This document shows positions 10,175 to 20,876 of a stretch of 34,669 nt of DNA, one piece after another. Position numbers and translations under genes: made by a program. The stretch is from Proteromonas lacertae (taxonomy: Eukaryota): contig NGBS01000594.1 in NCBI GenBank assembly GCA_002245135.1, positions 124,001-158,669 on the forward strand, read 5' to 3'. How positions within the stretch are numbered: position 1 is the first letter of the stretch; each line of letters begins with the position of its first letter. A model generated the notes under the pieces. The model saw only the letters and a program-made list of their open reading frames with translations, made no database searches and was not told the origin of the DNA.

Positions 10175-13100
10175 ATGGAAAGTAATGAAATAATTAATAA
10201 CACCTTTAAAGAAGATAGTTTTATGAAGATCATAAACAGTTTAGTCTTTGATGAAAAGAATGGATGTTTAAAAATACAAAATGATGATGTACAAGTATTT
10301 CAATTCCCTAAGAATTACATCTACATCCGAGATTGTTATTGTGAAATGTTCAGAGATATTTGGAAGATGCTGTCAGTACGTAAAGAGAAATTAAATATTG
10401 TAATAGAAGGTCAACCAGGTATAGGCAAAACCTCCTTTATTTTTGTGTTTTTTTACTTATTGAAGTATAATTTATCAAATACAATGAGCAAAGAAGAATT
10501 GGAGAAAATCGAATTAAAGACTGAATTACATTATTTAAACGAATGTGAAAAGAAAATATCATTTCAAAAGATTATAAAAATAGAAAAACTAATAAAAATG
10601 AGAGAGAGAATGGATAATGAAATAGTAAATATAAACAATACAATAAAATCATATACAGATGAAATTAAATCAAATTATCAGAGGATTTCAAACCCTTTCA
10701 TTTCTATATGGAAAGGAGTATTTGGAAATAGAATGTATGAAATAAAAGAAAGTGATAAAGAAATAATATATGAATTAAATATAAAACATCCTAAAGAAAA
10801 ATATACAAATACAAAATCAAATATTAAAAAACATTACAGAGAAAAATATAGTAATAACGTTGAAGAAATCCAAAATTTGATAAAGACAGAAAAGATGGGT
10901 GAGTTTTATTATTTGATGAGATTGAAAGAGAAGGTTAATGGTATAATATTAGAAGATAAAATATTAAGAGGATATATTAATACAAAAATAATTTTGAACA
11001 ACTTAAATATTGTTAATACTCTAACAACCTCTTGTGAAAAGAAAAAAGAGATGATAAGAAACATTGATGATGAAATGAATGATCTAAGAAAAGACTCGAA
11101 TATTGAACAAGATGTTAATGATGCAATAGAAAAAGTTAAAGAAAATATTAAAAACAAGAAAGGAAATAAAAACGCTAATGATAATCCTGCTGGTGATGTT
11201 GAACAAAGAATTAAAGACAGATTAAATATTGATATTCCAAAAGATTTTATTAAAAGAATAAAAGGTATTTATATGGTGAAAGGAAAGAAAGGTGCAGTTG
11301 CAGGTGAGGTTAAAAAATATAAATTTGAGAAAATAGATGGTGAATATAAAATGATCAAATTTAATGAAAGTTATATGAGTATTAAAAATTCAATTATAGT
11401 AGTTGATACATGTCAACGAAAATTTGATATGTCAAATTATGTTATTTCAATAAGCTCACCTGATAGAGAAAATTATAGAAAGTATACAATGAATACATAT
11501 ACTAAATTGTATTTCGATACATTAAGTGATGATGAAGTTGAAGAATGGTTTAAATCATGTGTAGATTTTGATTATAAAGCAGATGAATTCCAAGAAGTTC
11601 GTAAAAGATATGGGAATATCCCTAGAAATATATATTATGATTATTTATATAAAGAGAATTATAAGAACAGAGATTATTGGAAATATTATCAACAGTTAAT
11701 AGAAAGTGTAGTAGGAACAACTGGTTATAATGATTTTGTCATTGATTATATGATAAGTGAAAACTTAGAATCAAAGCCATTATCTAATATAATATTAAAA
11801 TATAACATGAAATATGAATGGAATGAAGAATTGAAACATGCTATATTAACACCAAAGAAATATTTGAGATTTATTTCAGAAGATGTTGAAAGATACATCG
11901 TTTATAAATTTTATCCACCTAAAAACAACGATGAATATCAAAATATATTGGAATATTATGCATCAGTTGATTTTGATGATGATATGAGAAGAATGGCATT
12001 GAAACAAATAGTAGCATATGAATTAAGTCGTGAAATGATAAAGATAGAAGGAAATGATTTTGATTTGATAATTAATACAAAGAAAGAAATTCCTATACAT
12101 CATCCTATTGGTGGATTTTATTCAGTTTATTACATATTGAATGAAGAGAATTGTTTTGATTTAATAATAGAAGGAGTATTTATAAAGATATTATATGATA
12201 ATGAAGTATTTGATGAAACTTTAGAAACAATGTCAAAATCATTTAAAGTATATATATATATATATAATATAATATATTTAGGAATATGGCATTAGAAAAG
12301 ATGATAAGTTTACATATGCAGTGATAAACGAAGGAGATATACATATAAATGCAACTCAACCTTCTACAGTAATTAAAACTAAAACTATAGTTGCAGTTAA
12401 TACTAATGATGATTCTAGTAAAACCAATACCACAACCCTTGTGAACATTGACAGTAAAGAGAAAAGAATAGTTTTTAAAGGTAGAGAATTATATTATATG
12501 AGAGATTGTTATTATAAAATATTTGAATATATTTGTCCAAATAATTTTAACTTTAGACATCAAAGAAATTATTTAATATTTGGACATAATGGGATTGGAA
12601 AGTCAATATTAGCAGATGTTATTAAAGAAAGAATGCATGAAATATATAATGATAGTATTAGAATACTTCATGTTTATTATGAAGGAAATGAAAATGAAAA
12701 TGAAAAAGAATATTATTCAGAAGATTCTTCAAAACCATTAATAGTAATTGCAGATGAAGTGTGTATTGGTGAAGATGATTATTCTAATGCAAAAATGATA
12801 ATATTATTAGCTAATCCATCTACAATAGAATCTAAGACATATCAAAGTAAAAGATGTCCACTTGTGATGTATATTCCACCATTTACAAAAGAGGAAGTAG
12901 AAAAAGTAAAAGAATTGAAAGATCCAAAATATGATAAATACCAAGATTACAATTTTTTTGTTGATGAGAAAGAATTAGTGATAAATCCAGAGAGAAATGA
13001 ATTCGATGATAAGGATTATAAAATGTATCTAGAATTGATTGATAAATGTTATCCAAAATATGGAGGAGTAATTGGAAGTTATTATAATGTAGAAGAAGTG

Positions 13101-13340
13101 GTTGAAAGAGAAATTAATCAAATAGTTAAAAACCAAAGAGGTAAAATGATTAAAGAAATGATTAAAGGAATAAAGAAACCTTCTAATGCAATTATAGATT
13201 ATGATAATTTGTTTATATATAATACAGATGAAAAAGATATTACATTCTCCAATCGTCTTATTTTTCAATCTGATGCAATCGAAAGAATGGTATATAAATT
13301 ATTCTATTCAATTGAAAATGATGAAAATATTGATTTATGA
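10175..13340 (+). CDS. Second Crinkler/RHS-like double-NTPase protein of about 1043 aa, with a ~255-aa helical insert in NTPase 1 and no SAP domains. Exons 10175..12247 and 12282..13340.
   Basis: A 34-nt phase-0 intron (12248..12281) lies at the same position as in the paralogue. Shared motifs: VFQFP, YIRDCY, GQPGIGKT, VISISSPD, RYGNIPR, RDYW, KFYPPKNN, FDLI, GHNGIGKS, EDDY.AKMIILLA, PLVMYIPPFTKEE, YGGVIG. Confidence 0.8.
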
Positions 13341-13394
13341 AAATATTAACATACATCAATTTTATATAGAATTTTTCAAGAATAACCAACAATG

Positions 13395-13420
13395 AAACGA
13401 ATATATTTTTAGAAATTTAA
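13395..13420 (+). repeat. 26-bp direct repeat, copy 2
   Basis: Exact match to 9637..9662. Confidence 0.9.
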
Positions 13421-13428
13421 CAATATTA

Positions 13429-14075
13429 TCAACTATGATGTTTCTGAAGGTATGAAGATATTTCTTTACAAAAATGATTCAATGGAAAACCCATCACATT
13501 ATAATAACAACCATTAATTCCTTCTATCAAACAACCACCTATTCCTTGAATACCATATGATCCTGCTTTATCTAATGGTTCTTTTGTATTTACATATTCT
13601 TTTATCATTTCTTCACTCATCTCACAAAACTTAACTGAGGTTTTATCAGAGAATTCTATTGTTTCTTTTGTTTTGCATAGATAAATAACAACACCACTAT
13701 ATACTTCATGACTTTTTCCATTCAATTCTTTGAGAGTATTCAAAGCATCTTCTTCAGTTTTGGGTTTTCCTAATAATCTACCATTACTTGCAACAACTGT
13801 ATCACATGCTATTATTATATCACATTTATCATTCATTTTATTGAATATATCAATGGCTTTACCTCTAGCTGTTTCAATTACAAATTTATCCTATTATAAA
13901 TATTACAAAATAGTTATACTGGCGAAAATTTTGATGGATCGATGTTTTCTTCAAAAGAAGAAGGAACAATTTCGAATTTCAACCCAATTTTACTTAGAAT
14001 CTCTGATCTTCTAGGAGATTGAGATGCCAATATGACTTTCATTTCATTCAATTGTTTAACAAATGGATACAACAT
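13429..14075 (-). CDS. maf: Maf/YhdE-family nucleoside triphosphate pyrophosphatase. Intron 13891..13919.
   Basis: ILASQSPRR, IACDTVV, LGKP, EPLDKAGSYGIQG, GCYYNVMGFP. Confidence 0.93.
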
Positions 14076-14163
14076 GAGATTTTTAGATAAAATAATTAAT
14101 GGTGAACCAAAATTTTGAATAACCAGAAAACATTAAAAAACAATAAACTTATTAAACGTATTC

Positions 14164-15111
14164 TTATTCACATTTTAATTTATTAGAATCAGCATATTCA
14201 ATCATCGATCTAGCTAATACATCCATAGGATCTAAAATTGGTATATTTTTGTAAAATTTATCTTTAACAGCTAAAGGAAGTTCAGTACATCCCAAAATTA
14301 TCAATTCAGCACCTTGTTCAATCAATGTATCCATCAAATTATACAAAATATCTTTAGCTTGTTTTGTTGGAGGAAAATTCGATTTTAATCCCCATTTTTT
14401 ATCATAAATTGTTTGATGTAAGATTGATTGCATAGAAGAAGAAACTTGAATGCATTTATAATAATTTGATAATTTAAGATAATGTAAATAACTTCCACAC
14501 ATTCTTGTTCCTGTTGTTGATAATATCCCTATTTTCGAAATTAATGGATATGTATGTTGTATGTAATTAATTGTACTTGTTAACATATTTATTACAGTTA
14601 TATTACCTAAACTAGATGATAACTTATAAAAAACATTGAAAATTGGTGGAGCATGAAAAGAATTACAGGGTACTCCTACTATTAATTCACTATTAGATAG
14701 TTGACATTGTGATAATTGCTTGATACATCTATAGGCACCATAAGCTGGATTTTTCTCTTCTTTATGAAGAATATAATCTGTTCTATCAGTTATATATGCT
14801 GGCATTGATATATGAATTGTATCAAAATGGTCTTGATCTAGAGATGCATTTGTATTTTCTATTATCTTCTTATGTAACATTAATCCAGCTGCTGGTCCAA
14901 CTCCTCCAAGAATGCACAAAATTCTATGAATATTTATATTAAAATAAGCAGAAATACGGATGCAATTTCTTTGAAGAGAGATTGTGCTAAAAATGTTTAA
15001 AGAACAAATCAATACATTGGTATCTATCGACGGCAAAAGGTATTTCTTTGAATTTAAAGTTAATACATCCTTCGAAAAAGGTGTTGTGTGAAAAAGACGA
15101 ATAAATGACAT
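14164..15111 (-). CDS. PLP-independent Asp/Glu racemase-family protein with an N-terminal extension. Probable introns 14987..15015 and 14924..14957.
   Basis: ILGGVGP, ITDRT, PCNSFH, GILSTTGT, ILGCTELP (both catalytic cysteines present). The two GT-AG introns (29+34=63 nt) preserve the frame. Confidence 0.9.
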   Translation of the reverse strand: MSFIRLFHTTPFSKDVLTLNSKKYLLPSIDTNVLICSLNIFSTISLQRNCIRISAYFNINIHRILCILGGVGPAAGLMLHKKIIENTNASLDQDHFDTIHISMPAYITDRTDYILHKEEKNPAYGAYRCIKQLSQCQLSNSELIVGVPCNSFHAPPIFNVFYKLSSSLGNITVINMLTSTINYIQHTYPLISKIGILSTTGTRMCGSYLHYLKLSNYYKCIQVSSSMQSILHQTIYDKKWGLKSNFPPTKQAKDILYNLMDTLIEQGAELIILGCTELPLAVKDKFYKNIPILDPMDVLARSMIEYADSNKLKCE

Positions 15112-15193
15112 ATTCAATGTAATAATTACGTAGTAAATTGTCAAAAAAATGAAAAGAACATATAAAATGTAGAGTTATTATATTTATATTAAG

Positions 15194-15848
15194 TTAAGCT
15201 GATTTAAATTTACAATACTCCTCATATGTCATATGACCTTTTGTTGTTTTATAACGTCTTAAATGAATTGAATCTAGTACTTTTCTATGACAATAATATT
15301 ACTATAAATATAAATACTGAGATATTTCATCATAATATCCTGCTTTATGCATTAATGATTCAATAGCTTCATCTATACTCCAATGTTGTTCTTCTGCTAC
15401 TTCAGGTAAGTAGGTTGCATGATAAGTTCTTCCATTTACTGTAAATTCGATTATTATACCATGTTTTCCAACTATCCAATCTCTATAACTAGCACCATCT
15501 TCCCAATCATATAATAATGATACGCTCACTCTCAAATCTTTCTCTTCTTTAGCTGATATTGGTGCAAATCGATGATCTTCAAATGCACTAGCATTTGTGT
15601 AATAATCTAACTCTGTTATCTTCACAGGTCTTAAACAGCCAATACACCCTCTTAATGCCCAATCTCCTCTCTTCATAATTTTCCAAGTAACAAATATACC
15701 ACTATCAATATTATAATCTTTATTCTTAATACCATTCAAGCGATGTGTCAAATTTGGGTTTTGGTTCAGATTTTTGTATTCCTAATCTATTTTCAAGTAC
15801 ATCCCAACAATATCTGCACATCTGTTTATCCACAACAAGTTCTGTCAT
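15194..15848 (-). CDS. AMMECR1: AMMECR1-family protein. Introns 15702..15732 and 15285..15317.
   Basis: IFVTW, LRGCIG, SAFEDHRF, VSLL, DWIVGKHGIII, ATYLPEVA, LMHKAG. Confidence 0.93.
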
Positions 15849-15900
15849 GATTAAATTTTAAATTCTATATTCGAACAGGTTTGATAATAGATTCTTAAAA

Positions 15901-16212
15901 ATGGAAGGAAATAACACAATAAAAGAAAAGTTTATGAATATAACACTAGAGACAGCCATATGGGTGTCACAAAATCCACGTACTTTTTTCACTTGGTTGT
16001 TTATTGTTACATCAATTCTTTTTTCAATTTCTTTATTACTTTTGTATATGATTAAAAAGCAAGATGTATAAATAATGTGAAAATTATGTGATAAATAGGA
16101 AGAAGAAGCAAACTTCATAAAAGAAGAAGAAGAAGATCATAAACAAAGTGTTACAAGTAATCGAAAGATCCAAGCAAAAGTGAATAAAAGAAAGAAGAAC
16201 AAACAGGAATAA
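15901..16212 (+). CDS. Small single-TM protein of about 92 aa, SMIM15/UPF0542-like. Intron 16066..16098. Not in the ORF track.
   Basis: Spliced product MEGNNTIKEKFMNITLETAIWVSQNPRTFFTWLFIVTSILFSISLLLLYMIKKQD|EEEANF...RKKNKQE*. It shows a W..xP..F motif, a TM helix and a charged tail. Confidence 0.65.
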
Positions 16213-16302
16213 AATCAATTAATTTAAAATCTAATTTCTATAAATATATATTTGTTATGTATGCATGTATATATAAACCTCTGAAAATCTTATACGCAAT
16301 AA

Positions 16303-17529
16303 TTACAATGTACCACAAGCAGCAGGAGGATTAAACTGTTGTTTCAACAACCACTTTGAATATAAAAATGGAACATTTACTTTTGAACCATCATACCTCA
16401 AAGGCATTGGCTCATCTTTATTAATAATGACTTTATAATTGCTATTATCATTATTACCACCATCACCATTACATCTGAGGTTATTTTGATGTATTGTATT
16501 TGAAGATATCCCTGATTCAGGGTCATTCTGATAGGTTGTTAATTCTATTTGTTGTGCATGAACATTTGAATGATCCTGAGGTGTAAAATGATTAGTTTCT
16601 ATTTAAATATATATATTAGAAAATAATGAATATATATATATACTTTTTACTCCAATGATTATAGGTTTATTTTGTTGTTGTGATAAATTTAATTCATATA
16701 TTTTATTCAACAACAATGTAGCACCAGGATCTTCTATTCCAATCAATTTTAAATCATTACTACCTAATTCTAATAAAATAGCACCATGAATTGAATGAAT
16801 TTGAAATGTTCCTGCTAAATAACTGAAATAATTATCATCAAGCCAAGTTTTTGTTTCTACTAAACTCCAATCACCAGGTAATCTAAAATAAATAAATAAA
16901 TATATAATTTGTATAATACTTTGGTTTATTTTTATTCTTCGGTTTTGGTATTGCATCAAACACATGTGCTGTTGTTCTAACTCTCAATATTGCACAGGTA
17001 ATTGATTTCTCTAACAAAGGTCTTTCTAAATTATTTGGATATTGTATGAAATCTAACCAATTTGAAAAATTATAATTGAATAAAACACCGCCGTGTACTG
17101 CAGTTTCTTGGAAATAAGGTGCTAATAATTGTAATCCGTAATATTCTAACCATAGACACACACCTGGAGCACTCCATCTCCAATTTCTGTAATCTATTGA
17201 TGGTTCATTTTTTAATAGATCTCTAAATATTTATAGAGAAAACTGATATACAGAGCAAATTGAAGTGATAATTCTTTAGATTTATTTGTTATTTTAAAGT
17301 ATTTCGGTATTTTTGTTTTATCTTCTACTAGAATCTGTAAAATAAGTCCGGTCAAAGGATCTGGCATTTGATAATCTTTTAATAAGTCTTGTAACCCAAC
17401 AACCTTCAGCCAACTACAAAATCACAATTAAGCATAAGACATATACTATTGAACATCCTCAGGAGTCCACTCGATAAATGATACAATTTTATTCTTCTTT
17501 CCACAACAATGCGAACAACAACATCCCAT
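16303..17529 (-). CDS. Triple SAM-domain protein with an MGCCC N-terminus. Introns 17414..17446, 17223..17251, 16883..16919, 16599..16643.
   Basis: Three SAM starts: EWTPEDVQYWLKVVGL, RWSAPGVCLWLEYYGL and DWSLVETKTWL..IHGAILLEL...DLKLIGI. The product ends in CGTL*. Confidence 0.8.
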
Positions 17530-17708
17530 TTTCAGAAAAGATTCAAATCTAAAAAGAAATATTTCTCAAAACACTTATTTTTTATCAATCACATACGTCT
17601 TATCATATTTCAACCATACCATACAGTATATATTTATTCAACACATTATATATCACATTATCATGCTAAAATTATCATCTATATCCCATTATAGTCAAAT
17701 CACCTCAA

Positions 17709-18872
17709 ATGTCCAGTGTCTGCCCTTCTGAAATTCATCAAAACACATTATACTCAGTAAGATATTATATAGAATAATTGTCAATAGGGATCAGTAAATA
17801 CTGCTTCTTTGTTGGTGTTATGGAATAAAATGACAAAAAAAGAAAGGAGTCAAATATGTACATTTCACAGTTCCTGTTTCCAATCACTATTGCATACATT
17901 GCTTATGAAAGAACATCTTTGTCACTCATGCTACAGTCGTGTGTTTGAAGTATTACACCACCCAACTCCTTTTATAAAGAGGTTGGTTATTATCACACCT
18001 GAGTCTATAACCTTTTTATATAGAAGATTAAGATTACAGGATTTAGGATGCATATTATCAAGAGCAGATTCCATATATGATTTAGAATACTACTCAGATA
18101 AATGTCCAGAGTATTAATATATATATTTTAATATCTAATTTAATAGAATTGAGAATGATGATGCTTGTAATGAATATATATTCGATGTAACAGCTATATT
18201 ATTTAAACAAGGCCTTGATTATTTGTATAACTACGAAAACAATAAAAGTTTGGAAATGGAACAACAATTATTGAAATCCCTTGAAGATGAAGAAAGAAAG
18301 AAGAATCGAAAAAATGAAATAAACCGTAAAAAGGCAGAGAAGAGAAAAATGAAGAAATTAAGGAGAAAGGAAATGAAAGAAATAAATATAAAAGAAGAAA
18401 ATAATACAAATTCAAACAAATCACAATCAAATCAAAAGAAGAAAAATAAACAACAACAGAATAACAATAACAATGAGAATAATAATAATAAAGCAGATGA
18501 AATAAATGATTTAAGTTCATCATCATCATCATCTTCTTCTTCATCATCATCATCAACAATATCTTCTACTACATTAACAGATACAAATATAATACAGAAA
18601 CAACAACAGAATTTGCAGGTTTTAACAACAGCAGACACAGCAAATAGCAGTATATTGTCTGAATCTTCTAATCCTGACGATATTACTACTTTACAAACAC
18701 CTCCAGAAACAGAATCAGATGATGATATAGTTGACCCAGAAGTGGAATCATTTAAGATGTTATTACAGAATATACACAAATCTGTATATATATTTTAGTT
18801 TTCTTTTATTATTATAATTAGAAAAGAGTAGTGAAGATAAAACCACCTGAAGTGGCGGTAGAACAACAATGA
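17709..18872 (+). CDS. Hypothetical coiled-coil/low-complexity protein, weakly NST1/FAM193-like. Introns 17757..17787, 18111..18146, 18784..18821.
   Basis: Three GT-AG introns join ORFs 17809 and 18223 in frame. Features include W..M...ER, CHSC, LLKSLEDEE followed by a basic coiled coil, and DPEVESFK near the C-terminus. Confidence 0.6.
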
Positions 18873-19002
18873 TTTTAAATTTTTTTAATGTTTTATTATG
18901 TTTTCTTAATGTTATTTTTTATTTGTAATTGTTGTAACAAAAAGTAATTTTGACGAAGAAAAGCTTGAACAGAGCTTGTCATCTTTTGGATCTTTTTTTA
19001 AA

Positions 19003-19752
19003 ATGGGTAAAATTATTTACGCAGCTATTTGCAGAAGGTATAGTTTTGTTTCCATATACTTAGATCTGTTGTACTTTGTGATTGTACACTTGGCAAAAAT
19101 GTTGGTGAGATAAATCAGATCAGTAGTGGTATTATTAGAGATATGAGACAAGAAGCAAATAATACCAATAAAACATATCATTATAGTCAGTATTTTAATG
19201 TCTATGTTATTTTTATAGAGATATGGATTACCACGTTTATGCACGAGATGGAATATCGTATTTAGCATTAACTGATCGGGGCACAGCATTGAGAGTTGTT
19301 TATATATCTTTTTAAGACTTGTTTATTATGAATTTGTCTTTAATTCTATTTAGTCGTTTTTGCAGAGTGTTGCAAATTCATTCACAGCTATGTACCAAGG
19401 CCGTGCAAAGACAGCAGGTGCTTATGGAATGAAAGAATATACAAAACAATTAAAGAAAGAGATTGACAAAGCTAATGATCCAAGCAGCGATAATATATCT
19501 AATGTGCAAAACAAATTAGATGGCGTGAAAGGTAAAATGACAGAAAATATCGATCAAATTATGGCTAATCATGAAAAAGTAGAAAATTTGGTAGATAAGA
19601 GTGATAATTTGTTAGTCACATCCAATCAGTTCAACAAAAGTGCAGGAGATTTGAAGTGTCAAATGTTGAAACAAAAGTGGAAGTTGATTTTGATCTTATT
19701 TATTATATTTGCTATTATCATTGCTATTATTATATGGCAAGTTGCTGGTTAA
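19003..19752 (+). CDS. Longin R-SNARE (VAMP7-like). Introns 19038..19063, 19190..19218, and 19304..19353 (atypical).
   Basis: Longin N-terminus (IIYAAICR..VLCD), synaptobrevin coiled coil (VQNKLDGVKGKMTENIDQIM...EKVENLVDKSDNL) and a C-terminal TM helix. Confidence 0.88.
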
Positions 19753-19896
19753 TGATAGAATAATAATGATATAATATATATATGTAATTATTATTGATTT
19801 CTTTTTTAATTAATCAAATTTTGTTTTTAGAAATACATATTATATTCATTACATATAACAATTTACAATATATATGTTTTTTTACTCATATCATTA

Positions 19897-19904
19897 AACA
19901 AACA
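19897..19904 (-). promoter_or_regulatory. TGTTTGTT putative 3'-end processing motif downstream of RPL18
   Basis: Exact motif about 50 nt after the RPL18 stop. It matches the Blastocystis polyadenylation-associated motif. Confidence 0.45.
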
Positions 19905-19955
19905 AAAAAGGTAATACAATTGTTAAGGGGTTTTTTAAAATAGATTTCACTCTGT

Positions 19956-20652
19956 TTATACCTTGAAACCACAAGTCTTTCTTCTGCCACGAGCTCTTTC
20001 GAATTTTCTACCTTCAGATCTGACACGTGGTCTGGTCTTTGAACCTGGAGTACCAGGTATACCAAAGTATCTATTAGCAACACGAGCACTTCTTCTTCCT
20101 CTTAATAATACTGTATCACTACCAGTTGGAGCTTGTAATGCAAGTTGATCGAATGTTAATACTTTACCTCCAGCTTGTTCAATTCTTCTTTTAGCTTCAG
20201 TTGATACATGAAGAGCACAGATTGTGAGTTTTGGTACTTCGATTAATCTTTCATCATCAGTTACTCTTCCTACAATGACAGCAGTTTTGTTTTCACGACC
20301 AGTCATGGCTGTAGCAATTCTTCTTAAACCAAGTGGTGGGTTATTTATTCTTGAAGCGTATAATCTTTTTAAGACTAATTCTGGGAATTTAGCACTTGTT
20401 CTTCTGCTTAATACTCTGTAGATCTATAATTTGATAATAGAGAATAACAATGGATAAAATAAGTATTAAATATGTATAATAAAAATAGTAATGAATTTAT
20501 AAAACAATTTATACTTGGATAAGAAGTTGTTTGTAGGGATTGTTTGATACGGCATGCGTACGATGCTTGCTACCTACGTGTCTGCCTCCGGCGATAAGAT
20601 CAATACCCTATAAATTAAAAATGATGTTTAAAGTGACTTATATGAATACCAT
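19956..20652 (-). CDS. RPL18: 60S ribosomal protein L18 (eL18). Introns 20608..20649 and 20424..20514.
   Basis: MGIDL..., [35 protein letters not shown]. Confidence 0.97.
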
Positions 20653-20876
20653 TTATGAAAAATGTATATTACCCCTTTTAATTCAATTGATTGGCTAATT
20701 TGTTCGGTTTCATGCAATGTCGGGTCTCAAGCTGAAATCAAGTTTTATGAAAAGTATTTTAGTTTTTTCTCATTAACTAAACACTTTTATATCATATAAT
20801 TCACAGATTTTATTCATTGAATTATTATGAATGCATTTTAGCAGATAAACAAACGTAAATATAAAAAGAAATATAA

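Noticed and set aside
18203..18779. Minus-strand ORFs 18203..18559, 18231..18419 and 18432..18779
   Set aside because: Antisense shadows of low-complexity codons in the plus-strand gene.
20424..20514. Unusually long (91-nt) RPL18 intron as a snoRNA host
   Set aside because: No C/D boxes or convincing H/ACA hairpins are visible.
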